The translations under genes and the position numbers were made by a program. A model generated the notes under the pieces. It worked only from the letters and a program-made list of their open reading frames with translations. It ran no database searches and was not told the origin of the DNA. A stretch of DNA of 63,860 bases, counting the filler, from Perkinsus olseni (taxonomy: Eukaryota): assembly GCA_013115125.1 (NCBI GenBank). It is 3 parts of 3 records of this genome, joined end to end, with 100 filler letters (N's around TTAATTAATTAA, not from the genome) between each part and the next. Parts side by side here need not be neighbours in the genome. Positions count along the whole stretch, not along the records: positions 22,163 to 44,197 come from JABANN010000549.1; 2 more parts are not named here. One strand, 5' to 3'. Below are positions 24,596 to 36,800 of this stretch, piece by piece. Each line of letters begins with the position of its first letter. Positions within the stretch are counted from its first letter, which is position 1.

Positions 24596-27500
24596 TCAAA
24601 GCTTGGCAGCGTGGATGAGCGTCTCACAGTCAACTTCCCATAGCAAGCTATGGCCAACATCAGGCAGAATGACTCGATCGCTCTCAATCGCCAGGGACAC
24701 CTTCATGTTGGAATACTTACTATCCAGAGCACCCGCGATGAATCGGTCCACCGGGACTTCCGAACAGTCAACACTCCAAGCCTGGCTCATCGCCAACATC
24801 GACTTGGCCCAGCCAGACGGGTTGGCGTCGCCAACTCGGGACGGTAACCACTGGCCGAAGAACTCCTCAGGTCTTCGGGTTGGCAAGTCGGCAAATACCG
24901 AGCCGGAGCCGTACCACTTGGTGAGGAAGAGGCCGAGGTCCAAGTTAGGGGACTCTAATTTCTCCGCCCATGCGCAGTCACTTCGCCAGCGCCTCTCCCT
25001 GATGGCCGGGCCTCCAACGGCTGTGCTGGCAGCGATGACGATAAGCCGGGTGATGTCACCGGGAGCGCGCCTCGCCCATTCTAGAGCTACTCGGCCACCT
25101 TGGGAATACCCACATACTGTTACTGGTTTATTGTTGAACAGGTCTTTGACCAGACCACGCAGGTTGGCGATGGTCGCCGACATGCCGTAGTCGAAGAGAG
25201 TGCTGCCCTCGGAAGCTTGCGAGCTGCCGTGCCCCGGAAGGCTGATCGAGAGAATGTCGTACTTGGCGGTGAGCTCCTCACAGGCCAGCCAGTCGGAGTA
25301 GGACTTGGCGCTTCCCATCCACCCATGCAACAGAACAAGGGGGGCCTTACCAGGACTACCGCCTCGGATGAAACTGATGAGACAAAGAGAGCTTCCGGAG
25401 AGCTGACCCATACTGTAGCGGCTTGCCTCAGCTTGACACCCGGGTGAAGGCGGAGGCTCTCTTCGACCACCTCGCCGACTGCCGCTGTGATCCGACGCCG
25501 AAGGGCAACGTCTTCATCCTGGCTCGTCTTGGGAACCTGAGCACCAGCACAGTTGAGCCATCGTTGACGACTGCTGGAGATCCAGAAATCAAGACTATGG
25601 TAGACCGGGGAGAGATCTTCCCTCCACACCCGATACGAAGGTAGAATGCCCGTATCAGCTCCCCCACTCACAATCTCAGTCAATCCACTGTGATCGAGGC
25701 TTTCAATCATCCCTGCCAAATCATCGACCTTCTTGCTTCCCTCTAGGCCCAGCATCTTAGCCGCTCCCGCAAAGGCCACTTGAGCGTTGGGAGTCCGGAA
25801 ATTCTCGTTGTATGCGACGTCCTCCGCGTATTTTCCGATGGGCACGAACTTGAACATGCTCCCACCGTTGTTGTTGCTAACCACGATCTTAACGGGGGGA
25901 ATCTTCACATCACCGACGATACCACCGCCGTTGAGGTAGTTGGCCAACCTGAGTAAGCGATGGACTCAGTGCGGGGGCTTCGTCCGGGGGGCCGCCTACT
26001 GGACGAGCGAGTTAAGGTCGTGGATAGCGGCTACGTCTCCGATGAGAAGGTTTGTTGCACGACCCAGGCCCACTGCGTATCCAACTGCCGTGCCTGTAAA
26101 AAACAAATGAGGTCGACCTGGCTCACAGTGTAGGATACGCTAAGGTGTCAACAGACCACCCATGAGCTGTCAAATTACTCCTCATCAGGGGAAGCTATGA
26201 CAACAGCGAAGTGTCCGAAAAGTGGTATTGTAAATAAGATATCATGACAGTGGCATTAGGAGACCTCTCTGCTGTTGGCAGAGTTCGAAGGTCTACGCCG
26301 CTCAGCGTGACGGCGGAAGCTGGGTTTCCACGACTGAACAGTCCGTGAGCGAGTGCTCTAACTAATCTTCATTTTTGTTGTAGATCTCCGGCAGGCGACT
26401 CCCCCCCTCTCCCCCCCCCCCACTTATCGTCCCATCGATTCCACTAACACCTCGACTACAGGACACTCGCGGGAGGTGAACTCCAAGGGGGCACTGAGGA
26501 TGAGGAGGACACCATCGTCTCGCAAGTCTTATCGTGGAGCAAACTGCCGCGCCGTTCGGGTGTATCACGTGGCGACACAAGACCCAACACACAAGGGCCC
26601 ATCCATGCACCCGAGCACAGCGGAGCGAAGCGCTTCAAGAACAAGCTCGTAACAAGCCCCCATGGCTCCATCCAGGATACAGGATATGCGTCCTTCACTC
26701 ACGAAAGTGTCGAAATTGCGGCAGCTCATGCTGCTGCTTATGACCATACCCTCCCTCCTCTTCGATGCAAAGTGAGCCAAAGACCGAGTGATATTCGGCT
26801 CAGTACCTACTCCCAACCATTGATAATAGCGATGATCGTTCTAGTGCGGCTGGAAGGCTTCCAAGGAGACGCTCCGTGACGCATGCAGCTATTCAAAATA
26901 TGGTATCAATAGACGACGCACCAACTCCACCCCCACAGCTTACATTCCTCCCCAAGCTCAGCCTGGATCCTCTTCTCCGCCCTACTGCTGATAGCGTGGA
27001 TACGATCCCTCAGCGACCGATTGGTCCTCAGTACCTGCGCGGACTACACGGTGACGAACGTGAACAGAGGAGGCACTGCGGCTCGTACAGCTGGATCCAG
27101 AGTGAGGTCATCGACCATCCGGGCGAACTCCGCGCAGGTCGCATCGACCACAATAGTGCCTGACAACTTCATCCGTACACCCACAGCGACCCATCCAGTG
27201 CAGGAGCAGGTGGATCGTCCCCACTCCTCGTAAGCAAGCCGCCGGGAGTGAACGAGCAAGCATAGTAGTAGCCGTGAAATGGAATGCGAGCCACTAATAC
27301 CAACTTTTTCGGAATTTCCAGCTCATGAAAGGCGACCTGGACCGCTGCCTACCGTTCCAGTCAACATCATGTCTCCGAGGCACGTCCATGACTCTGATGT
27401 GCTCCTTGACCTGCCACAGGTGGACAACTCTCCTGCAGCCTCAAGGCACCCCACTCGACTACCGGTCCCATCTTAGACGACATCCAAGCCTGCACTTGTT

Positions 27501-30500
27501 TCGATATCAATGCCCCACCTAGCCGGATGACTGTGGGGCGACTGAGCTGCAGCATGTCCAACACGGCTTGGGAGGATAGACAGAGGCTTGGCAGACACTC
27601 CCGACGGCACCCTGAAGGAAAATGCTACTCTACACTGCCACACCAAGAGTCATGGCCAACTAATGTCGGACCACATGTTTGATGATAATCCTTACGGAGG
27701 ACCTCTACTGACTATAGGGCTACGCCATCACTTCTCCGATCTATTCCGCTTGGACCGGTATTACTGGATAATTAGAACGTCACTCTTTGATACGATACAT
27801 AACATAACAATATACTTATGATAAGCATGCGTAAAGCATACGAGGACCCGCATGTACACTAGACCTAGGTCATCGATGATACTACTATTATGCACCTAAT
27901 CCAAGCATACAGACTCGACAGCCATAGCGCGATCCCACCCTCCTCCACCAGTGACTGATCATCCCAAGACATCCTCGAGACTCACCACTAACGGCATCAG
28001 CCAAGACAAGGCACTGGAGCTCCTCGGCCATAGCATCAACAGCAGCAGCATCCATAGGGGAGGACAGTGCGCCGACTACCAACACTACTGTACCCGAACC
28101 TGACCACTCACAGTCCCATGCAGCCCGAGGGCGGGGACACTCACTAATCAACTCCCTCACAGCATCGTCTTCAATGGCCCTCCTAGCCGGCCTAGCAACC
28201 CTGGTCAGAGGCTCCGTAGAGCGGAGTTGCCAGCGAGTAAATCGGGAATCTTCCGGTACACGGAAGGCGCTGACCTCGCCATACTGCCCTCCTCGAACCT
28301 ACACCGAAACTCAGCCCGCACCTTCCAAAGGATCGACCCACCGCCCCTCCTTCCGGTGCAAGATTCTCTCGGAACTGCATGTTCATGTGGACCTAAGCCC
28401 GGTACGTTCCACGACGGATCCCTGGTCAGCAGCCCCACTCACCACGCCGCTCTGCTCAAGACACTCGGCCACTGCGTAGTCGACGTCACTCAGGAGCGAT
28501 CGTATTGGGGCCGACTCGCAAGGGGGCGCTATATCACGGGTCCACACTGCGTAGGGCTTGAAGATATCTGTCTGATTCATCGTCTGATTGCTCCTAGAAA
28601 CGGCAACAGAACCGTCACGCGCCACGAAATTTCCCTCCGCGCATACCCAGTATCTCGCAGTTCTGACGGTCTGTCAGCCGTCAGCAGCAGCATTGGCACT
28701 CGGGACTCGTGAGCTTCCGTCACCGCCGGGAGGAGATTCGCCACAGCCGACCCTGAAGGAGGCCGACTCCAGCGTGGATGCAATAGCGCGCGCCCTACCG
28801 CTGGTCACGATGACCGGTGCTGGCAGCCCAGTCGCCTTAGCGTAACCCAGAGCATAGAAGGCTGCGCCACGTTCATCCGTATGGACCTGCAAAAGGTGAA
28901 ACAGAAAATGCTTCGCTCCGCTAAGGCCCCGTAGAGAGCCTAACGTACAACGTGTGTGGCCTGAGGGTGTTGTGTAACGGCTATGGTGAGCGGCGTCGAT
29001 CGGCTCCCCGGACACACGACCTGTGGATCGAGGCCAACCTTGTGGATGCGCGAAGATTCCCGGGAAAACTCACAAAGTGCTTTATACCGAGGCGGACTAG
29101 CTCGTCAACGAAAACGGCACACCAGAAGGTGTTGAAATTAGGGAACTCCATTGGCTCCTTCAGAGCAGGCCGTACACCTATCACAAAATACCAAATCACT
29201 TAACGCTTCGCTCCGCTATAAGCCGCCAGCCTACCATCGGACAGAGTGCCAACGAACTGGCGCATTTTGAGACATATTTCGTTCCACTCATCCTTAGGGA
29301 CAGAGCCCTCGATAAGGCCAGCACCGGCCATCACGTGCACCTGAGCTCACCGGATAAGACCATCAAAACCTGGAACGATATGGTCGTCCACCATTCACAG
29401 TACTGACTAGCAGAGCGAGGACTACGAGCAGGATATCCTCTATTCAGGAGCAGGAGCATTACCTTGGACCCGTGACGACGCTCGACCAGAGCACTTCTTA
29501 GAGACACCGCCAGCTCTCCTCCTCCAGATGACACTACCCCACATGGTGCGGCAAAGAACCCTGCACGCATGCGCACATGATACTACCACGGCCCCAACCC
29601 GAGCTGCTGACCTCGATCGAAAGGCTCTCTCGCCCTAATAAACGTCATGCCGTCCTTAAGAGGCTTGCCACCCACTGCGGGGGTCGGGTGTAGATCTTGT
29701 ACCAACCATTCGACAACATCGTGACCATTGTGCAAGGGCATCTCGTCATCTGATCACAACCATACCATACATCCACCGCATGTAGGGAAGGGTCCTCAAA
29801 GACAGCCTTCCCACGATAGGCGTTGACGTGCAATGTGACCCTCGCGGTCGTCAGACTCCCACGGTCGATCCCTCCTCCTCGACAAAAGCGTAACACTGCC
29901 GAAGGCTCAACAATACCGCGCGGATAATCCCCCAATTCGGTGTAAAGTAGCGTTGGCAAGGTGAAGCTGCAGATCCTCCCCAGCTGCTCACCATCTCTTG
30001 TACTGAGGTCATCCTGCTGATCGGACAGATCCACTGTCGCCTCCAGCATCTGCTTGCAGTGGACCAATTCCTTCAGTCTCAGAAGGTTCACCCCACTCAC
30101 ATGCACCTGCCGGTACCAATATCCCCAATGAGATTCCCTGTATGCGTTGAGAAATGGTAAGTGAGCAAGATTCAATCAACAATAGTAGCTTCTCCAGAGA
30201 GGACCTCCCATCCACCTCCTACATCGTGCGCTCTCCGAGTTAGTATACCCCGGATGTATTTAGTCACCGTACTATGCTCAGTGGTCCGCTTGAGGTCAGC
30301 CTGAGAAGATCCGAAGATTCGCACAGGAAAGATTCACAACACAAAAGGTAGGCCCGAGTGTCCACTGCCACCAAGCCGTCAGAAAGATACAGTCATCCAG
30401 CCACCCTCACCTCATCATTGGAAGTGATCTCCGAGGGCTTCCACGTGCCGGCCACTGCCTCTGTCTCGATGTGACCGCCTTTTACGCGGCATAGCCTCTC

Positions 30501-32665
30501 AGGAGTGATGCACACGAATGCACTCTCGCCACGAGGCGGCTCGATGTAGATCGTCTGTCAAGGATAGCAAAAGGTGAATGAAAAGGAATTACAAGATTGC
30601 AAGATTTCCCTCGAAGGTGGAGCATCAAAAGACCCGGCGAGACCCCTCCCATTTGAATGCAGTCGGTACAAGGATCCTCGAAGACCACCCCAAGTGGACA
30701 CATGATAGAAAACCCGAAAACCGAAAAATTTTCGGCAAAAACTCTGATCGAGAAATAACGGTGATGATGCTGCGGACAACGCAGTGCCAGGCGCCACCTA
30801 CAATATCTTCATCGTTGCGATCAAAACCAGAAAAGGGGAAAGTGAAAAGATTCACAAGTTCGATGGATTCCCGAGAGGCCCTATTACATAGCGCTTAGTG
30901 TCTGGTACCGCCTCTATGACTGTTATGAGCCAATCAATGGGGTCCATCGGGCAAGCACTGTCTTTAAAACTCAGTGTGGAACGAAGGGAAATTACCTAGG
31001 GAGGAGCCGCTGAACAGGAGGTGGCGCGAAGGAACGATCAACCTACAACTTTGTCCAGAGAGCCATTGCGGAATTTAGAAATTGCCGTATTAACTGTATC
31101 AGTGTACCTGACCGGCAGATTGGCGTAGTGGGTGAGCTGCCGGCGGCGGCCCCGAGATGGCTGAGTCTTCGAACCCGCGTTCAATTCGCAGTCGAGACAC
31201 CCCAGTACTACTGTTCAAGTGTATTAGCCGGTATTATATCGGACGCCAAAGGAGGCAGAGGGGCCGGACCGATAGTGAGATCGCTGAGCCTGCATGGCCA
31301 CTTGAAGGAGGCTATCATGGAGAGAGCTGAAAGTGACAGGCGATGAACATCCAGTCCTTGCACGTACAACCCAATCAACTTGAGCTAGGCCGACAGAAGG
31401 TTTCAGAAAGGGCATGACGAGCGGTCCATGACCACCAGTGGCCACCGGATAGTGAACCAAGTGTTCCAGTCCGGAGTACCACCAATCCCTCGTCTCCCTA
31501 ATACTACCATCGTCAGCTTCCCCCATAAGCAGCTTCCCCGTGCAACTGTCATATAGCAGATTCACCGATACCGTGTAAGTGGTATCGGGGAATACACCCG
31601 ATGATGCCACTTCGAGCCGAGGCAGCACCCAATACCTAGTCGATTACAATAGCCCTACCGCGGACTTCCAAAGGCTAGATATTACTCTTGAGAGGGGCCG
31701 CGGAAGAAGTCTCGCCACTCTGCCCCGACTGCCCTGTCCTCATCAAAACGACGCCCTGAAGAAGGGGGACAGCGCTACGGATACTGTTAATTTCACCAAG
31801 TCCGATGAGATCTATACACGCCGCGTGACTGCGTTTGGATCGGACAACTGAGAGGCTCTGTGGAACGGACTGCTGCTTCTCACTTTACAGTCCTTCACTA
31901 CAACTTTGGCGATAGAAAATCTCCATTTTATCGGGGGTTTTCGTCTCGAGGATTATCATAATACGCGTGGAAATTTCAGTTCGTCACATGGTGGTCAGAA
32001 ATGAAGGGAAAAGATACGCAGCCCGCCAACCAACCTCCAATGTAGTGGACTCTATCATCAGTGCCACACAGTAGCATAGCGTCCAGAGAAGAGGCTACAT
32101 AGGCCTGGCCCCAGCCGCCTAGGGCAAACGATCCATCGCGCGCCACGAAAAGGGAACCTGGAGGGAGGGAGAGTGGACGAGGGGAAGGAGATGGACGCTT
32201 ACGTGACTCCCTGCCGAAGCCTTGGAATCTGAGGAGCCTCAGGAAGAGCTTGGGCAGATGCTCGGCACTTTCCACAGGCAAAACAGTAGGGCACTCGATT
32301 CGAAGCACTCCTGAGAGTATCTTGCTATCATGCTAGCATCATACGGGTTAACCTACGACTTACTAGCATGAGTTTCGGATACTTTCGGTGACGAGGACTG
32401 GCCATAGTGCGATATCGCATCCATGACGTGCAGGCAGGCGACCTAAAGACACCCCATGGGGCAACAGAGCGGCTACCTCGTTAAGAGAAGTACCTCCGGA
32501 GAAGGGCAGAAGGGAAGGGTTAAGTGGGGGTCTACAACGTCCGAGCCCCCAAGGGCGGGAGGCGATGTGCTGCAGTCCGACTGACAGTAGGGCATGCCTA
32601 GGAACTGGAAACTGCTCCTCAGCAATGCGGAAAATTCTCTGCGGGTCACTCTGGGGATGTTTCAT
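24596..32665 (-). CDS. PHYLLO-like menaquinone/phylloquinone biosynthesis fusion: isochorismate synthase (MenF) - SEPHCHC synthase (MenD) - SHCHC synthase (MenH); multi-exon, start approximate
   Basis: Men[53 protein letters not shown]. Men[76 protein letters not shown]. Men[34 protein letters not shown]. Ends AKL*. Confidence 0.88.
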
Positions 32666-32691
32666 CCGGCGGTAGGATAGGATTCGAGAAC

Positions 32692-32745
32692 ACCCTGACC
32701 GCGGATCGAACCCGGGACCTTTTGAGTGATAGGGTGAAATGCAGA
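32692..32745 (-). pseudogene. tRNA 3'-half relic abutting MITE-like element 1
   Basis: Minus strand CTATCAC...AAGGTCCCGGGTTCGATCCGCGG (anticodon-loop-like, variable loop, T-loop/B-box). No 5' half. Confidence 0.5.
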
Positions 32746-32747
32746 AA

Positions 32748-33094
32748 CCTAAGGAGAAAGTATATTTTCTAAGGAAGAAATCTCGCTCGCCCGAAAATAC
32801 GCCGGCGCGTCGTGCGGCACGCGCGCGTACAAGACAGCGACTAAAGGTTACTTCGGCTGGTAGGCGTTAAAATAGAAAACCAAGACCTAGTGGAGTACCG
32901 ACCGTAACCCCCGTGAACCCGAAACCCGACTCAGGTCGCCCTTCGGGCGACCCTCACCAAAGACCCGAAGGCTGCGGTGTGTAAGAGGTGGGAGTTACGC
33001 GCGGGAAGCGCCCTTAGGAAGATGCAAAGGCTCCTTAGAAAAATGTCGAGGGCGAGCGAGATTTCTTCCTTAGAAAATATACTTTCTCCTTAGG
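32748..33094. mobile_element. MITE-like element 1, 347 bp, perfect 45-bp terminal inverted repeats
   Basis: 32748-32792 (CCTAAGGAGAAAGTATATTTTCTAAGGAAGAAATCTCGCTCGCCC) is the exact reverse complement of 33050-33094. AAA lies on both flanks (possible TSD). Confidence 0.85.
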
Positions 33095-33122
33095 AAAAAG
33101 ATTTTAATCTGAATGATAGCTT

Positions 33123-33823
33123 GGGGCCTATTTCATAGGACGATTTTCCTTAGGATCCTAAGGGGTTAGGACGCCTTTTTAGGTCTTATGGCTTCCACAT
33201 GGATCGATTCCTAAGCTTAGGACATAAGGGTAGGACATTAGGATCTTAACATTTAGGATTTAGGAATTAGGACGCGGTTATGACATTAGGATAGGCCGTT
33301 AGGACGAATGGATTTCACAGGGCACTTTTCCTAACGTTAGGACACGTTGTTTAGGACAAGATCGTAAAGTACCTCGGGGGGGTACTTGATAGGCATCCTA
33401 ACCGCGGAAATGGTAGCCGTGACACGTCCCGCTCCGCCAGAAGCTCCCTGGTTCTCTCCCGGCACATGTCAAATCTTCGGGAATTTTCTCGTAGGTCCAG
33501 CGCCTGAGGTAGTCAGCAAGGTCTCATCTTCATGGCCCGCGATTTAAGTGTTGTAGCTCGGTAGGTTAAGTAACTCCACTGTCACCCGTGAGGCCGTCGG
33601 TTCGAACCTGGTACATCGCATTTTTCTCCTCTTTTGGTTGGTATGGTAGGTTAGGACGTCTTTAACCTGAGATAAGGACGTCTTTAAAATTAGGATCCTA
33701 CTGTCCTTAAAGGATTTTCATGTGAAACCGCTTGACTCTTTTAAGGACGTCCTAAGGTTAGGATCCTATTTTTAAAGACGTCCTAAATCCTAACCGGTTA
33801 GGATTTCTTGTGAAATAGGCCCC
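33123..33823. mobile_element. MITE-like element 2 (~700 bp, GGGGCCTATTTCA termini; PIF/Harbinger-like) with many TTAGGA/TCCTAA subterminal repeats
   Basis: 13-bp perfect terminal IR GGGGCCTATTTCA/TGAAATAGGCCCC, dense TTAGGA(C/T) motifs in both arms, no ORF. The TSD is imperfect (TTG/CTG if the TIR is taken from GGGCC). Confidence 0.75.
33547..33625 (+). pseudogene. Degenerate tRNA-Asp-like Pol III cassette inside MITE-like element 2
   Basis: A-box TAGCTCGGTAGG (33554-33565), CTGTCAC loop, B-box GGTTCGAACC (33599-33608), T5 run at 33621. Stems are poorly paired. Confidence 0.55.
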
Positions 33824-33865
33824 TGAAAGGTACGCCGGCGCAAAAAAGTCGCGCACGCCCGAATC

Positions 33866-36800
33866 ATGACAGGTCAATCGTGTAGTGGTTCACTGCGTTG
33901 CTTTAGGCCGTACTCTTCTCTGCTCCAGCCCTTAATCTAACGCCAGGATTCTCTCGAGGAACCCTTCATCTTGCCTTGTGGACCTCGACACCTGATTATT
34001 GTTATTGTGGCGTGGACTGGACTTCTCTTCTTAGTAGGGTCTCCCCTGCCCAAGTGGAATGGCAGGCTTATTTCCATCACGATGAATCTTCGGCCCCGTC
34101 TATAGAGACCTCACCCAATCGGCTTTACTCCTCCGCTCCGAGATCAGTAGGGAAGAGGGTGAGCGCCGCGTGCCGAGTAGTGGGTCGAGTCGCTTCGCTG
34201 GTCTGGCTGATTCATACTGGTGGCATTCGATGATGATCACCGCCTTGCCGTACAGTGCCGTGGCCCTCAGCGATCTTTTTGGGCTGCCTTTCAATGATCG
34301 GAGAGCTCGTCAAAGGCCTAGACTACTTCACTTGGGCTGTTCCAGCAGCTGGACCCGTCCGCTCGGCGTTCAGACCGGCCGATCCGTCGACAATGATGAA
34401 CTCAGAGCCGAGTCCATATCCTGATCCGGATAATACGGTGGGCCTTCAATCACCAGGTCTTTAGTTCGACCCTAGCATGTTGTATTTTTCATTCAGGAAG
34501 CTCCTGCAAAGTGTCGTACTGGGCAGTCGGCCCGCGGCGAGGGCCTGCCCTGGGCCCCCTCCGTTCGAACCCTCCACGATGTCTTCACTCACGCCGTCAA
34601 GAGGTAACTTATCGTCCCTATCAATAAGTCAATCACCGTGTCCAACCTCAGCCATCCTAACTCCAAATGCCAAGGCACCAGAGACCTTCTTCGTTTTGTG
34701 GACATGGGCCAACCCTTGCCCGGCAAAGAGTTCGGCAAGACCACATGGCGTAGGTTCATCTAACCCTTCTGATGAAACCTTTATGATAAGCTCAGGTACC
34801 TATCGCCAGGTCAACAGGCGGGTGTTGGCTATTGGAGCGGGCCTGCGTTCACTTGGCAACTGCCCCCAGCCCGATCATGTCACTGACGTGGACTCCTTGG
34901 TAAGTTGCATGCTAGCCCCATAGCAATCGCCATTGGCTTCTCCTCAGACCGGACCTATCTCCCTTGTTATCTTTGAGGACACTTGTGCAGAGTGGATCAC
35001 AGCTGCCCTTGGGGCGTGGTCACAGAGCATGATCGTTACAACGATCTACGGTAGGCTTCCACGGTGGCAGCTTCATGCGTGATGAGTATGGCGGAGTCCA
35101 ACCTCAGGGACCCTGGGTCCGGACGCTGTCGCCCAAGCCTTCGTGGAGGGCCAAGGGACTACTCTTCTATGCAACAGGAAAAACGTAAGCTTCTCGATCG
35201 CTTGTCGGCGCTTCTGTTGACGTCCCTAACTGTCCAGGTAGCTGGGGTCATCGCAGCTCGGGATACGATGCCCTCTTTAAGGCATATCATCTACACTGAT
35301 GAGGGTGTTGATAAGAAGGAAAGGATGAAGCCTCTGCAGTTGGCAGGTGGGCCTAGACGTTCAAGGGAGTCATTCTGGAAGGGTAGCCTCAGATACACAC
35401 GGCATCGAGGTGATCAGATTTGAAGATCTCCTCCGTCGAGGTCAGAGCCTTGTGAAGGAGTATCCACCGGTACCGCCTAAGAAGGACAACATCGCCACCA
35501 TCATGTACACATCAGGTAGGCCGACGGCCGATGGGTCGGCATGCTGCTGTCACCGTCACAGGTACCACTGGCCACCCTAAGGGTGTTGTCATAAGACATC
35601 GCCACGCTGTCTTCGCCATCCGCTCAATACTGCCGCTCGTCCTGGATCGTCTCCCGTCCAACTTCACTCACGTCGCGTAAGACAGCAGCCTCCTTTCAGC
35701 TGCCACAAGGCGTCTCCTCCCAGGTACCTGCCGCTGGCTCATATCTTTGAGTTGGCTGTCCAACTTGGCTGCCTTAGTACTGGTGCCAGCATCGGATTCG
35801 CAGACCCTAGTGGGTTCCCTTGCTCCTGCTGTTGTGGAGGTGTTCCCCTTCTTCAGAGAGCCTCACAGCCACTCTCACCAAGCCTCACGGCGCGTTGGAG
35901 GAGTTCAAGCCCCACATGTTCATCGGAGTCCCTAAGATTTATGACGTTATTATGAAGGGAGCTCTCGCCAAAATCGCAGCGGAGCCACGTAAGGATGTAC
36001 TCTGCTGGCTTTTTGGACCAGTTGCATCGGCTCTTCAGCGACCAAGAGAGGCCTCATCAATGCTGCGTTTGAGTCCAAGGCTAAGGCCATCGAAAGTCAT
36101 ACCCGACGCAGGCGATGTGTCAGACACGAGTTGTCCATCAGGTGGTAGATTTACCCCTATCTTCGACCGTTTGGTATTCTCCAAGTTCAAGGCCCTCCTC
36201 GGCGGCCGCATCAGGTGAGCTCTTCCAACCCATTTATGTGGCTATTAGCTTAATCCGCAGGATCTGCATATCTGGTGGAGGTCCGCTGTCGGGGGATGTC
36301 CAAAGATGGGTCAGAACAGCGTTCGGCTGCGACGTTATCCAAGGCTATGGTCTTACGGAGACCAACGCGAGTGCCACCATTCAACTGTGAGACATTCCCG
36401 ACAGCCGCCAGCGTGAGGTATTGCATCTCTTCAGGATGGGCGATCTCCGAACGGGTGTAGTGGGCCCGCCGATCCCTGGAGTTGAGATCAAACTTCGGTC
36501 GTGCCTTGACGCCAAGGGGGAACCGGAGATCCTGGACCGCCATGGGAAGCCCTACCTTTCGAAGGACACACGAGCAGCCAACGGCAAGCGTGTTCTCGGT
36601 AGGCCCCGCGCCCGGCTGTTGGTGCTAGTACGTATTGGTACGGGAGTTTAGGTCGAGGAGAGGTTCTCATTCGTGGGCCATGTGTAACCAGTGGATACTA
36701 TAAGTTGCCTGAGAAGACTGAGGAAGCGTAAGCCAGGCTGACAAATGTTTAGCGGAGCGAAGCTGACCTTCGCGTAGGTTCAAGTCGAATGGGTGGTTCT

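Noticed and set aside
33160-33810. Interstitial telomeric array
   Set aside because: The motif is TTAGGA, interspersed and in both orientations inside TIRs, not a tandem TTTAGGG/TTAGGG tract.
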